DNA of 64,000 nt from Phoronis australis (Eukaryota; Animalia; Phoronida), in assembly GCA_002633005.1 (NCBI GenBank), contig NMRA01000262.1:322298-386297 (forward strand), written 5' to 3'. A model generated the notes under the pieces. It saw only the letters and a program-made list of their open reading frames with translations, did no database searches and was not told where the DNA came from. The position numbers and the translations under genes were made by a program. Of this stretch, positions 1 through 15,100 are shown one piece after another; within the stretch, counting starts at the first letter, position 1; the number at the start of each line of letters is the position of its first letter.

Positions 1-2277
1 TGTCTGACACTTCATCCATTCAGCATTCATAACTGACCGTGGTTCAGCTGTTACACAAGCACTGAGTGAGGTGATGGCATATTTGCCTTGAGCCAATGCC
101 TAAAATGATTGACGATCTTAGGGACAATTTTTAGGCTGACATAAATAATTTATGTGTTTTTAATGAAATATTTCAATTCGTGCGCTATTTCAAGGCGATT
201 TATCTTTTATTTATAAACAATTCTTTTGAATTAAGACCACATCAAGTGGATGAACCAAAAATTATTTTTTCACTTTGAAGACAAAAGCCAACATCACAGG
301 AAAGGCATTGATGTCTAAAACACAAAAATGAAAAAATATCAAAATCGCATGGTCCATTCAAAAGTCATCACTATTCATGTGTATAGATCGGGTCTGCCAT
401 CTTGGATGCCAGTGGCATAGGTTACGAGTTTAAAAGTGCCTTTCACGAATATTCTAACAGTAAAATTTAGTGACGCATATGTTTACCTACCATTCTGTGC
501 AGTGCAATAATTTGCAACAGAATTTGATAACACAGGTGTAACTTATTGAGTGGTTAAAGTGCCCACGATTCACGTTGGACAACATGGCGGCTTTTCTGAA
601 CTGAAAAGCATGTTCAACCGGCTTACATTGTCATCAGTGAAGATTTAACTATAATACAGTTGTGGACTCGCTGCTGTCAAAAAGCAGTTTTGTACAAATT
701 TCTAGTGTTTTTGCAATAATTATTATGAATGTTATATTTATCTCAACGTGGAGTGTCCATTCAATTGACATTGCACTCTGTTAAAAATAGTTGAAATTGA
801 TTTGAAGTTGTTCTATGTTTGAAAGTCAACTTGTCTTCAACATATGATTATGCGTCACAATAGGACAAATATTTTTCTAAATTTTATGCATAAATTGTAC
901 TTTTCATTCATGTTTTATAACTACTTCTTTTCTGCTTCAGAATGTGTCATAGCACCAAATTGTGAAAGATATTACTTGATTTACAGAAATAGGTTACATT
1001 TGCTAAAAGTGTCACTCTTGGGGCAGCACAGAATCATTCGAAAACATGCATGTAAATAATATTACTTTTTGGCCATATTAGAAGTATGAAGTGAAAAACA
1101 AAAGTGCCGCTTGAGTGCACCACGTAAACAGCGTTTCAATGTTAATCAAAATTCATCATCAGGTATAATAGTAGACAGAAAACAATGGTAGCAGAATGCT
1201 AGATTAATATCAAAACATTGTTTTCAAATATGCATATGTCATTGTTTCCTCTATGGAAAGGTTTTTGCAAAATTTCATGAAAGTTCACCAAAGAAAAGTT
1301 ATAGAAACTGCCACCAGAGGGCCAGCAGTAGTAGAATTATCTAAAAATTGACATCGACTCATTGGATCACCATAGAAAAATATTTGCAAAAATTAGTGAA
1401 GCCCCTTTATGAGGTTTACGAGATACAACTGCATACTGCCTGTAGTCAGGCACCGTAAAATACGGTACGCGATGGTATGTCTGTTATTGGTATATGGTGT
1501 CACTGTTGCTTGAAAACAAACAAAAAGCCCATTTTTTGTTTTTTATTTTCTTAGTCGGACAGAAAACTGGTGATTTCCAATAACATTTCACCAGCACCCC
1601 GTAAACTGGCCCCCAGAACACCTCAAATATGGCTAAAAATCAAAAACACAAAATTGGACAAAATTTACCAAATTTTGACACTCCAGTGAAAGTTAATGGA
1701 AACATCTTTAAAAATGCATAGACTGTCTTCTGATTGAGAGGTTCAATGTCTACAACAATATTTAGATTTTTTCTTTTCGTTCTTTATAGCCGCTTTACAA
1801 TAACTTCACTAACTGAACTTTTTAAACAAAAAATGAGCTATTTTGGGCCTAAATATTCATGATGCTCTTAATTATAAAATAATGGCTCAAAAAATTTCAA
1901 ATTATCATTTTGAACATATCTCACCAGGATGTATGAACACACAGTTTTTTCAAGATCTGAGTCGGTGACCGTAGAGTCAACCTTTTGGTGCTCTTGTTAA
2001 TTTCTGAACCATGGGCACTATTGGACTATTGGAAATGTTTTGGAAAATTGTGGGCATTTACCAGCGTTTTGAGTGAGAACATTGCTTATAGCATGTTTTC
2101 TGAAAGTTTCATATCAACTGCCACATCACACATTTTTGACCTTTGATGTTTTGACGTTGGCCAAATTTTGGACATTTTTCTGCTTAAAAGACTGTGGAAA
2201 TGAAAAAGATCAATTTTGGTTGTCAATTTCTGAAAATGGAGAGATTTTACCATAACAGTTACACATCTTTGTTAACA

Positions 2278-2357
2278 TGTGCTGTGCTGTGCTGTGCTGT
2301 GCTGTGCTGTGCTGTGCTGTGCTGTGCTGTGCTGTGCTGTGCTGTGCTGTGCTGTGC
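2278..2357. repeat. (TGTGC)n microsatellite, about 16 copies
   Basis: Direct reading. Confidence 0.95.
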
Positions 2358-4733
2358 AATCATCTCTAAGTTACAATTGATGAATTTCTGTCTTTGAAAA
2401 ATAGAAATTGGCAATTTCAAATATTGTGTTCACCTCTAATTCAGTAGTTTAAAAAATGTTGGGACATGATATGTCCTGTCACATTTCAGCTATTTAGGAC
2501 ACCTTTATGACAAGCATATAAAAGGTGTTAATGTTACACAGAATATCTGACAACCAGCTTAACCATGGTAAGCTCTTAGGGTTCAAACAACATGTCCATG
2601 AGCTTTGTTTTTTTTTAAGCCAGAACGTGGGAGTTACACATTTATATATTTTCACCACCAGGATCAGTAGGAGTGGGTTCTTCCCATCTCGCCATCTTCT
2701 AGTGTTTATCGCTGGTTTTCGCGACTTAAAGATTGATATGGTAATTGACAAAAGTTGGTAGAACGAATTAAATAAGAGCACGTGAAACCTTAAGCACTCG
2801 TATTTTGAAGACTTGATATTCTTTTGAGGAATTGCTTAAAGTTGAATCATGTAATGATTTAGCTTGGTCAGGTACAGGCCACCTGAGTGTCATTGTTACC
2901 TGATGCTTGCAAAGTTTGTACATGTCTAAGAGAAGACAAGGAAGCATCAACTTATGTCCAATTAAATTATCATGACTTTAACTCGTGTCTCTGCACAAAG
3001 GAAGCTGGTAACTAGAAGGATCAATGTTACTAGCAATCCTAATGGTCAATGAATGTGCTTGCACCCATAAAAATCTCACAAATTTGCTGAAATTACCCTT
3101 TTAAGTGCTTCTAACATTGCAGTGAATGTCCACAATTCTTTGAAATATTGATCTGGTGGTACTGAACTTTAGCATAGAAAAGCATTGATTTGATGCTAAA
3201 ACCCAGCAAATAATTTTCACTTGTCTGCCATTTGGTGAGACCTAGGACCAATATTACTCCCAGATATTACTCTATACAGACAGTGGTTAGCATAACTTCT
3301 AAACACTATCTGTGTATAACAATGACTTGAGGGACTGCTCACAATTAAACATGACCAATACTAAACTTTTGGAGATGGAAATTTTTATTTCTGCACTTAT
3401 ATATGGTAGATATGTGTACATTTGATTTTTTCCTTCTTACTATTTGAGCATTGGAACACTAACTAATAATTGAAGGCTTTGGAAGGTGTTTGATTCTTAC
3501 TTTGTTAATTGGTTAATTGATTGGTTATTAATTGTTAACAGAAAGAATTAGATATTTGACAAAATAATCTTTTGTCAACAATTGCTTTCACTTGCTGTTT
3601 TGATTGGAAGAGTTTTGTCAAACTGTGACAAAAAATAGTACTATAATATCAATGTTCAAAGCCTTCCAAATTGGCTGCCAGAGCAAATTGCACTAACAGC
3701 AAAATATTCAAAGTCCCTAAACTCTGCCAAATATTTGAAGAATCTATGCTCTAACCACTTAAACCATGGACAAAAACGTCCATGAGTAACACTCACTGAA
3801 CAGGTTGCCTAAAACCTACCACTGACCAACTGACCCCCCCCTCTGCTTCTTAGATAACAATGACTTCACACCTGACGTCATACCACTCTGCATCAACACG
3901 ACTGAGTACCAGTTTTATTCAACCTCTAAAGAACACTCAGGTTAATTTATTTGTATTGGCATAGGTATCAAAGCAAAACACCAGTCACCTGTCAACATGG
4001 AATGTATGGCAGAAAAAACTCCTTGACTCTCTGCCCTCTGTTCACTGACTAGAAATTTCACTTGGCTACCCAATGCTAACACCATCATTTAACCATGTTA
4101 TTGGGGATGTAGCCTGTGTATTTAACAGTCACCTTCATTGTATTAGTATTGTGTGTTGAGTGTGTGACTACCATTCAGCTTTACACTACTAGCCCTTTTG
4201 TGTATTTAATCCATGTTGATTCAATAATTGTGAAGTCTTATGTGATCAGCCATTCTTATATTATAAACAAAATCTAACCACAGAACAATGTAATCTCTCC
4301 AACCATAGAAGCACCCTGCACCATCCATTCCACCCTTACATAACCCTTTTCTATAACTTTGGTTTTCAATAACTTCAACACATTGTTGGCTGGGCAATTT
4401 ACGATTGTGGAACTGTACATCTGTTTGAAATTTTGGATAGTTGTGTCACACTCAGGGCATAATAAGACTCAGGTATTCACCAATGAAAGCTCAGTTGGTA
4501 GGTGTATGGTATAGTGCTGGGTATTAGGCAAGCTAAACTGGACTGCCTGCTAATTGCAGATTAATCCACTCTCATGGATGTATTAGGACTTCAAAGACAT
4601 ATTGAGCTTGACCCCAGAAAGGATAATGTGTATCAAGACTAGGATGAACTGTTATCTGTGGTTTTAGGATGTCAACAGGTTGGTAGAAGTATGAAGGAGA
4701 AGATTTATATCTCATTGATTTTCTGCAGTTATT

Positions 4734-4916
4734 GATATCCAGGATGGTGACATGACCACTCTTTCTAGCTGATATCCAGGATGGTGACATGACCACTCTT
4801 TCTAGCTGATATCCAGGATGGTGACATGACCACTCTTTCTAGCTGATATCCAGGATGGTGACATGACCACTCTTTCTAGCTGATATCCAGGATGGTGACA
4901 TGACCACTCCTAGCTC
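4734..4916. repeat. 37-bp minisatellite, about 5 copies
   Basis: Unit GATATCCAGGATGGTGACATGACCACTCTTTCTAGCT at 4734, 4771, 4808, 4845, 4882. Confidence 0.95.
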
Positions 4917-5695
4917 ATCTCAATCCATGCTGTTCACTTTATGGTCTGCTTTTTTCACATTCAGATTAGGAATTTTTCGTCTAAGGTAGACAAGACAATG
5001 CAATGCCAAATCAGCTCGGCTGTATTCAGCTCGGTTGTATTTTACTCTGTTCAGCTGACTAACAATGATAACCACATTAGCCTTTTATTGTCAAGTCACA
5101 GGCAATGTGCACATGAACCACTTTCAAATTTGTGGTCTTAGGACTGAGCAACCTAACAAAGTCTAAAGTGTTTTCTTGATAGTTTTGACTGTTGTTATTG
5201 GAAATAGAATCCTGTCACCTTAAGGACCAGATGCACATTTTTCTGTGTATACACGTATCAGTTTTTAAATTCTAAATAACAACAACTAGTCTCTGGGGTG
5301 GTGTCGACCAGTGTCTTCAACTTGGTAAAGTTGTGTGCTTTAAGAAGATGAAGAAGAAAATTGTGAGACTGATTTCGCAAGCAGAGTTAAAGACATAATT
5401 ATTCAATTTTCATTTTCAATTAAGCGATCTGCTCATGTTTTTCTTCAGTTTCATTGTACAAAGTAATATTATTCTGGCTGATCACATGGGCAAACAGCTT
5501 GGTCTGTGTTTGTGTTGCAAGAAAATGATGCATAAATTGAATAGTGGAATTAAAATTCTTATTTATTTTTGGATCTAATGTTTTAGATTTTGATAGTACT
5601 TTTAATTAAGTCCTGCGCAGTGCTAATTAAGTTGAGTCTAATTCCTATTAAAATAAACAATGAACCCTGTTCTATTTATGGTGTTATCCCTATTA

Positions 5696-6243
5696 AAAGT
5701 GCCGTTTACACTTACAAAGTTGACACGGATCAGCTGACATGGAACAAGTCGTTCCAGTGTGTAAACGGACTGACACGGCGCAAATTGACACAGCTGTGGC
5801 AAATTTTTGCCACCCGTTTGTGAGGTAGAGTAATTTGTGCCCAAACATCTTGACCCATGTCAATTATAAGTCTAAACGCGAAACTGGAGCAAGGCGGAAA
5901 GGATCATCTCTACTGCACTTGTGCAATGACCTACGTACGGGTTCTTTGTCTCTGTAACTGTCGTCGTTTGTAAACCTGCGCATGTGCGATGCAGTTTCTC
6001 CAGCCTTTAATTTCCGTCTTACCACGGTTAGTGAGTTGTGTGTGTAAACGGCCGCTTGACACGGGTCAATTTGCTCTGTGTCAGTTGCGCCAGGCCAAAA
6101 GTTGATGTCTAAACGGGACTAAACGGTGGCAAAAATTTGCCACAGCGGTGTCAATTTGCACCGTGTCAGTCCGTTTACACATTGGAACAACTCGTTCCGT
6201 GTCAGCTGATCCGTGTCAACTTTGTAAGTGTAAACGGCACTTT
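5696..6243. mobile_element. MITE with about 125-bp terminal inverted repeats (possibly PIF/Harbinger-like)
   Basis: AAAGTGCCGTTTACACTTACAAAGTTGACACGGATCAGCTGACA... at left is the reverse complement of ...TGTCAGCTGATCCGTGTCAACTTTGTAAGTGTAAACGGCACTTT at right. TSD unclear. Confidence 0.85.
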
Positions 6244-6669
6244 AGAAAGTAAAACAAAGGGAAACATCCTGAGAATGAACTGTGAGTGATTCTCAAAGAT
6301 TAGGTGCAGGGTGATTTTATTGGTAGCTGAATATATGAATTTTGAGTCTAGTTTCAAGAAAAGTTATTGAATGGTTGTGAAAACTTGGTTGATTTTCAGT
6401 AATACCTGATGACAGACCAAATGTACCATTTGTTGTATGTTTGGATTCATAGTTCTGGTGTGCGTTCCTTAGAGGCGACAATCTTGTGAAAACTCATTAG
6501 TATGTGAGATGTTGCCACTGATGTGAAGTGAATCATGTGATTGCTATGCCTTCCTTAGCAATATTCTTGTGTCTACAAAAGTCTACCTTGTTTACTACAA
6601 GTATACTACATGGTGATAAGGCTACAAAAGCATTGTTGGTTCTGGTCTAGTCGGTGGTGTAGTTTTGTT

Positions 6670-8110
6670 TGGTAGAATTTTTCCTGTTTGGGACAGTCAA
6701 AAATAATTATTTTTGTCAAAGTAGGAGTTTGTCCCAAATTCTAGAAATAGGCAATATTGACCCTAGCAAAGTCAAGAATCTCCAAAAAGGCAGCAGGATT
6801 TTGAGTGACGGCTTAACTGACCATATAGAACGCAGCATTAATGACACACCTTCGTTTCCAAGCCGCCATTTTACCCGACAAACAACATGTTGTTGGTAAA
6901 ACTTATTGTTTGTTAGTCAACATTACGCGGAGCTTGCGATAGGTCAATTATTCACTCAGCAGATCGAAAACAGTCAAAAAGTCTGAAATTTGAGAAATCT
7001 GGTGAAGGGCAAAATCACTCTTGACTCGAATTCTTCTAGAAAATTAAATTTTGATGGGAGTTTCAGTTTCCAGAATTGTAAAACTTTTACCATACCCTCC
7101 AACCAAAAATGATGAGGGATTTGTTTTTATTCACAGCTTATTATGGCATTTTAAACATTGCCTACCCTTGCATACATGCAAAAACACAATACCTCAAAAA
7201 AAAACAGTGCAGGTGGTCTGATGTCATTTGCGGTGCATCAGACATGCGCAGGCCTCATGGTTGGGCCCAAGACCTCGGCTGGCATTTTCTTTTTTAGTCA
7301 CAACACAGTTATCAAAATCAGTCAGGGTAAATAAAGACTATTCTTGTTTTATTTTTTGCCTAGTATTAAAACTGCATGGAGATAGGAATATTAGGTAGCT
7401 TTGACATTCCTGTCATTGGTTTAACAAGTTTCTAATTTTAATTTTGTGTGTTGAGTTTCAACGTGTTTGTTTTAGTTATGACCAATCACTTAAAAACGTT
7501 CCATGTTACTTTGTTAAATAATTTCTATGATTCTGACCATTCAATTGTTATTTTTACAAACCTTCAGAGTACAACAAAGCCTACTCCTAGTAGGCCTTTA
7601 ATGTAAAGCAACATCTCAACAATATAGGACACAATATGGTGGACAAGTGATAGACTGGGACACTTCGATAGACTGGGACACTTCGATAGACTGGGACACT
7701 TCGATAGACTGGGACACTTCGATAGGCTGGGACACTTCGATAGGCTGGGACACTTCGATAGGCTGGGACACTTCGATAGGCTGGGACACTTCGATAGGCT
7801 GGGACACTTCGATAGACTGGGACACGGTCTATTTTGGTGATCATCACATTTTTCATTATTTAGGACACCTGTTTTGTATGGCAGAGTCTGAAAATAGGTT
7901 TAGCTATTCATAAAATTGTCAAAAATAGCTATCAGCACATCATTTCCATTCCTCCTAATAGTTTGTAGCATTGAGATGAATGATGTAAATGATCGTGATT
8001 CTTGAATATGGAACGGCCAATGTTTCCTATTTCTAAAATTTGGTACAAGCTCTGATCTGCAGCAAAATGATTAAAATCCACTGTTCCAAACTGGAGAATT
8101 TCTACTATAT
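6670..8110. mobile_element. Old element bounded by diverged inverted repeats of about 90 bp
   Basis: 6670-6760 and 8020-8110 are inverted homologues; both translate to a similar 'VE..FGTV..N.F....SL.QILEIGNI' string on opposite strands. Confidence 0.5.
7649..7824. repeat. 18-bp minisatellite, about 10 copies
   Basis: Unit GATAG(A/G)CTGGGACACTTC. Confidence 0.95.
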
Positions 8111-9019
8111 ACCAATTTGAAGGTTGCAATTTTGGTTTGCTCATGGAACGAGTATCCTATTGCTGAGATTGGATTTTGAATTTAAGGTTATTAATGGTGC
8201 GAGAAAACGTCCAAATTTGACCCAGTGAGAACATATCTTAGAAATGGCTGTTGAGATTCGTGAGTAACTGTCAGATACTGGTATTATACTCTGTACAATG
8301 TTCTTCACACGCTATTAGGAATGATGCACTTTTGTATTAGGGACTATCAAATAACAGGTATTTCACGATTTTTATGAAAAAAATGAAAAATTACATAAAA
8401 CAAAAACAACACAATGTCTTAGAAGTTTTCATATTTCATCTGAAATATTCATTTCAAGCACCTCTGGCCATGTTGTTGATGTCGTTTTGTTATGAATGTA
8501 CCTTTCAGTTAATTGAATTTTTTTGAAATGACACGGTCACATGACCCAATGAACGGAAATTTGATATAGTGTGAAAAATCAAATTATACAGGTTTTTTCT
8601 TTCAGGAAATATAGATATTTCTTCTACAGTTTTATAGATATGTGGTTGTCGCCGGTACTCTTGGATAACATCTTACATTCCCTAAATATTCTCCAGTTTA
8701 GTACAATCTCTAAAATTTGGGACAACGAATTTCCAGTTAAAATTTAATGTTCTTGAAACTAAAGATTATCATAAGCCACGGGCAATTTTGGCATTAAAAA
8801 AAGAGACTGTGTTTTGTGTGAAGATTATCTGAAAATAGACATGGCTGTTGATACAAGTGTTGAAATCAGTGATGCAATGGTTTGATGCATCTCTATAGTG
8901 CGTGATATGGAGGTAAATGATCATTTGTCATTCACGATGTTTTGCTGGAGCGTTTTTACCATAATACTGTTGTTCCAACTGTTCTGTGTTCATTCATAAA
9001 TCTCTTTCTATACTTCCAG

Positions 9020-9199
9020 AAATGAGCCCTGAGCTTATTACAGCATATCTCAATGCAAATCCAACTTTTTTGGAAAGTTACATATTATCAAATGTGTCAT
9101 GTGATCAGCTGGAAAGACTGCTACTTCGAAGGTCATTAATTGAAAAACAAATAACGGGAAAATGTGCCGAGAAAGCAGTGCAGACTTTGGATGTTTCTG
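9020..9199 (+). CDS. PDE10A: PDE10-like exon 1 in window ([34 protein letters not shown]...)
   Basis: ttccag acceptor ending 9019, G|gtaagt donor at 9200. Resembles the PDE10 N-terminal 'AYL..HP..L..FV' helix. ATG at 9022, but the acceptor implies an upstream exon. Confidence 0.8.
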
Positions 9200-12100
9200 G
9201 TAAGTGTTGAACAATTCTTTTTGCTAATAGAAAAACATCACATTTAAAGATGCACAAATCCAGTAGAACCAATTGTTTCACCCAAGTTTGCTCATGAACC
9301 ACGGAGGATGTTTTTGTTTTCACAAAGAGTGCTAAAGTATATTCAGTAAGGTGTGCAAATTTGTTGAACATGTAATTCGTGAACACCTGGAGAACACCTG
9401 GGGGAGCTGTCAGGCATGACCTTGGCTGCATGCTGTCCCATCCATCATACCCACACCTCATACCCACGATTCCTCACAAATGCAACATTAGAAAGACTAT
9501 TAAAACTATTACCAGCTTATCCTGTCATGCTAATTAATTACTACCAACATGAATATGTCCATGACTTAAAGGGCTTGCAAAGCAATGTGTAACGGCACTC
9601 AAAAATGCCCAAAATCAAAAAGTTTGAGATATGATTTTATTGCATTATTTTTCTCCTTGAATTCAAAAACGTATTGAAATGACCTTCAAATACAAAACAG
9701 AAAGCTGTGCCATTAGTAGTTTTGTGACAAGGCAGTCAGTAGTATACACAAAATCAATTCCACAGTTGGTTACAGATGCACATTAGTCTTTGTCCACAAA
9801 TGTTGACCCCTCTCTGTGGTAACTGCAAAGCATAAGTAGACAGAAGGTAGGCTTGTTAGCAATATGCCTTGCCGTCTTATGTCCGATCTACACCTCATTG
9901 CCACCTGCATTCAAAATATTTGCGCTGTACCTACTATTAGGAGTATCATAAAATCTCGCCATTTTCTGAGAAAACAATGACCACAACTCTTCTTCATTTT
10001 TGAGATTCCTAGAACATTTTTGAGATTTCTAGAACATTTTAGTGAATGCCCTCAATTTATGAAAACATTGTCTCACTCTGATGGTATAGTAGCCTTGGTA
10101 TAGAACCTAAAATGAAACAAGTATTTACTTGGCGCTGTTTTTCTTTTCAAAAATGAAAATAAATTTTCGCTTGTCTTCCATATTATATCCTAAATTGGTA
10201 AGGACTTTTACTGTTGTTAACATTTGTGTTTGTGTAAGGACATGTAGTAGATGTGTCACATTAAGGCCCACAGGGCAATAAAATATCTGGCACCTCTAGC
10301 CATTGCAATTTTTCACCCCCCAGGTTCCTTAATTTTTGTCTTTCAACCATTTAGCTTTGTGTCATCCATGGAGACTCACTCTAGAACAAGTTAGTTCTGT
10401 AATAAGTTGTCTTTAAGTCTGGGGACATCTGGGTAACTAAGTATAGTGCAACTTGCTTCACTTGTGACAAGTTACTTCTCTTGTGTCAAGTTAATTCTCT
10501 TGTGACAAGTTACTTCTCTTGTGACAAGTTACTTCTCTTGTGACAAGTTACTTCTCTTGTGACAAGTTACTTCTCTTGTGACAAGTTACTTCTCTTGTGA
10601 CAAGTTACTTCTCTTGTGACAAGTTACTTCTCTTGTGACAAGTTACTTCACTTGTGACAACTTGTTTCACTTGTGCTACTTCTTATTGCTGTGTCTCCAC
10701 ACACTTGGTGCAAGCCGCAAGGCAGAAGTAATAATGAGCTATGCACTTGCACAGTTACATATATGAGTCTTTCTTTCTTGCATTTTATTGGTATTCATAT
10801 TTTTGCGAAGGTCTACACTGAATGGATACTCTGACACCTGTAAAAAGCCTGCATTCAGAGAATGAAACCTTGTAGCTCAGTGTGTGTTCCTGAAATATTT
10901 GTGTAATTTTAAAATACATGGGAACGTCACAAGTGTGCATAATGTGTGGACTACTATGACTACTTTTGCAGTAAGAAAAACTGTTTTTAGATGTTTGAAG
11001 TCCGTCATTTTTACCCAAGCATTGCATGTGGTCTGATTCTGCAAACAGTCATGACCCCAAATTGAAAGGTTTCATGAACTCCCAAAAGTTATGTTGCCTT
11101 TAGTGGCAGACATTGACACTATACAGTCAGTGTAGCACAAGGCATGGGCTAGCACAAGTGATTTTATGACACAGATAACAATCAGGATTTTATTCGAATC
11201 AGCAAACCACGTATAATATATATAAAAAATAATTGCAGGCGGTCTGATACACGTTGTACCAGACGTGCGCAGGCCTCGCATGTGGGCCCATTGCACTGAT
11301 CACCTGGAAATATTTTTATGCTTTATTAATATATGGTTAAAACCGAGCTGAGGAGCTAGAAACCTGGCTCAAGGGCTTAGCAGTGTGACCTGGCGGGACT
11401 TGAACCCACGACCTCGAGTAAAGAAAGCGGGCACTTATCAACCAGGCCACACTGCCTCCTCAAGCAAACCACGTAGCTCATGAATAGTTTTCCTGGTATT
11501 ACGTAATCTAAAGAAATTTGGTGGAACTCAGAATCTTGACAAATTCGCTTCACAAAAAGTTTTCCTTCTAAAATTTTGCTTGAAAAATACAGGAGATTAT
11601 TTCAACTAACTTTCAAATGTAAAGTCAGGAGATCTAATTTAATTTCCTTTAAATGGTCTCAATGTGATTTTCAAGGGGTTTTAATCTGGAACTGTTGATT
11701 GTTGATTTAAAAAAAATCTTATTCTTATTTGTTTTGTAGCAACGTCTCCAAGTAGAAAAGACATCTTTTCAAAATGGAAAGTAAGTACAGTTTATGTTCT
11801 GTAAAAACTCAATACATATCTCCACAGCTTGGGTCACAGAAGTTTTTCAAATTCATTAACCTGGAATTATCTCGTTATGTTTGTAAAAATTCATTATATC
11901 TACAGCTGGGGTCAGAGAAGTTTAAATTTGTCCATAACATCTATTTGCATTTCTAATGACTTCATATTCTTTTTTAAGGTTAATGTACCCCTGTTTCACA
12001 AAAGAATATTATCAAAAACATCTGTGCTAGTTATGGAAAATCCCAGACACAGTTTTTGAGCATTTCCATCAGAGTTTTAATGCAGAAAATTTGGTAAATG

Positions 12101-15100
12101 TGGAAGAAAAGAAATGTCTGCTATAATATGTAATTGACAATTCCGCTGTAATATGTAATTGACAATTGCTATAGATACTTAGATAGTTCAAAAAGGGATA
12201 CAAGTAACCATAATGCTTGTTATGTTCCAGAAGTTTTAGATAATTTAAAACTATTTGGGTCTTAAATTGGGGGATTTTTATGCTTTTTTGTGCAACTAAG
12301 TTTCTGCCTTAATAAAGCTCTCGTTTGTATACCATACACATTCAAAACTGCTGCTGCTGCTTCAGTGAATTCCTTCATTAATGGAACCCAACCTGAATCC
12401 ATTTGCTTGGTTTTTACAATATATTCTGCCTTGGTTTGTTTCTGCAGACAACAGTGAAGGACGACAAGAGAAAAATGCTTCAAGAGCTAACTACCAATAT
12501 TCAGGATGACCCCAACAAATCACATATCTTATGGGAGCTCACTGCATGCGTGGCTTCAGGTAACTATGGAAACCACACTAATTTGCATTAATTTCTGTTG
12601 ATCTGATTGTCAAAACTTATGATGTATAGCCAGGAAACTTTGATATGAGCATGACAAGTGCTCTGCTAAAATGTGTATTTTTTATAACAAGTACTATTAT
12701 TTATGACGTCACAGGGAGTCATTTCGCGATCTTGTATGTCACTCAACTATAGTTTCTCAGGGATTTATACTCATAGAAAAATTGCCTGACTATGCTTTTG
12801 TTCAAAACAGTATTGATTTTGTGTAATTAATGAGGTTCTAGCCTGTGCTATGCAAACAAGTTCTGTGCAAAATTCCAAAACGTTTGGTACATTCGGCAAC
12901 TGCTTGCTTTCTGGGTAGCATGTCATATCTCAGTATTGCTAAGAGATTGTTTACAAATGGTGAATTTTCATTGAATCAAAACTGATTTGATTTATTTACC
13001 ACCACTCTCTACATGAGACTCGACCCTGAAACTTCCCAGTCACGTCATTGGACATTGAAAAAGTTATTCCAAGTGTGGCATCATCAATTTTTTAGTCAAA
13101 TCTCAAGCAAATTTTGATGGCCACGACCTTGACTTCACATAAAAATCTGACTCTGGTGGTCATGACCCTGACTTCACATAAAAATCTGACTCTGGTGGCC
13201 ACGACCCTGACTTCACATAAAAATCTGACTCTGGTGGCCACGACCCTGACTTCACATAAAAATCTGACTTTGGTGGTCATGACCTTGACTTCTGACTGAT
13301 GGTTTTGTTATAAAGGTGAAGCCAACATCTTGAATCTAAACAGGCTGCCTTACTTCAAGCTCAGGGATGGTTAACAGTTTTGGCTTGGGTACATGCATGG
13401 GTGTGCAAACTTGAAGATTTGATTAAATAAATGTCGTGAATTTAATAATTGATGTGTGTTGGTTTGAAAATGGTGTGTATCTTACATACATTGTCTGTAC
13501 CAATATAAATATACGCAGTAGTAGTAAAAATACTGTGAAATATGAACGCCAGAATGTTACTGGCAACTAGTGATGTTTCTTGTATTCTAGTAATCCTGAG
13601 GTTTATTTTGCAAAGGAGATAAGTTTGGAAATACACCGTACCTCACTTCATCGCAGCACACCGTGGTGTTCTAAGTAACGAATTGACGTGTTTTACACAA
13701 TTTCTTGATGGGTGATTTTGCATTCATGACATTGCTGAAAATGTTTTTGGATGGTGCCATTTTGAAGATGCATAGATAACCGATGGGAAAAGCAGCAAAC
13801 CGTTCGACCAATGTAACATTGTTTGACATTTGAACAAAGACATTCATTCATAGAGCATACAAACTCATAAACAACACTACACTGGCCAACAGGGCAGACT
13901 TTTGCTTTAGAAATGTTATTTTTCATGACGAAGTTGGAAGACTTCCTATTCCGATAATAAAAAATAATACTGAAGTAATCGTTAGGCTTACAAAAGTCTT
14001 GGTGTCGCTTTTGGTTTCATTGGAGAAGCCAGGTGTTTTGAATAAGCAGCAAACAGGATTGCACCGCACGCTACACTTGTTTGCATGACTTTCCTGTTAC
14101 CCCCCTTCATTTGCCATTTTTTTGCAGTACTTCACACCTGCTGTGTCCCACTGTGCCTGTCTCCAGCTTCTGCTCTGTGGTGGTATTACTGCATCACTTT
14201 ATTTCCACTTGAGAATGAAACAAGTGTGCCTTTTAGTCATTTCTCTTGGCAGTTGCTTTATTGATGTTCTGTTGAGTGTCGAACTTTGTTCCGTGGATAA
14301 CAAAGGAACTGAATAAAAATTGTTAATAATGACAAATGTCGTGCATTCAACCAACTTTGCATGTTGGCTATTAGGATAACATTTAACAGTGTCCTTTGTT
14401 GGATTAAGTTACGTCTCTAGTACAAGTAACCCCTTACTGCTGGTGTCATTGTTATAGTGTCCCACTGGAGATGACTTAAGTGTCAGTCAAGTCACCTGTC
14501 CATTAAAGGGTGCCTTTATACACTATACCTTGTCTCAGGTTGCACAATTTGAGTTGTCTTGTTTAACATCCTCAGCCTGCGTGCACAGTAAATGCATTTT
14601 AAAGTGAATGTCAATTATAGATACTTTCCATTAACTGCCAATATTATTGACTGAAATAAAGAGCTCGGAAATGAACAATTCTGCATTCCACTTGCAAATT
14701 GCATAATAGAGGGGCAAATTAGGTAGCAGAATGGTGAAAAATTCTATAAAGTAGATTTAATCTTTGCAAATGATTTCCTTGATGACTTAGGGCTTATTTA
14801 TTGAGGAACCTGTTCTTAGGAGTTGATTTTGGTGTCGTTTTTATTCTGCTCCTTAGTTGGCTCTGGATTTCTGTCTCTTGGCTTCGAGTTGCAAACAGAT
14901 TTTCTGACTTTCAGCCTTAGCCGGATATTCATGAAACAGACTAAACCTTCTGTTGACTCATTTTTAGCCAAAAGACAACAAACAGACTGTTCCTTAAACA
15001 AGCCGCTGAATAATGGACGATCTTGGAAGGTTTTAAAAGCTAATTATACATTTGGCTGTTCATTGCAATTTTGGCATCCCTGAGTCCAGGAGGTGACTTT

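Noticed and set aside
1125-1165. Second hammerhead-like motif on the minus strand (CTGATGA...GAAAC)
   Set aside because: Stems I and II do not pair and no proper cleavage triplet follows; at best a decayed copy.
7587-7913. Repetitive ORFs (RSVPAY, IEVSQP, WDTSIG)
   Set aside because: Products of an 18-bp minisatellite read in several frames. The same applies to ORFs at 2194, 13092-13299, 25135, 28919-29430 and 34990.
11390-11455. Possible tRNA gene on the minus strand
   Set aside because: A and B boxes are present but there is no convincing acceptor or anticodon stem; better explained as a SINE head.
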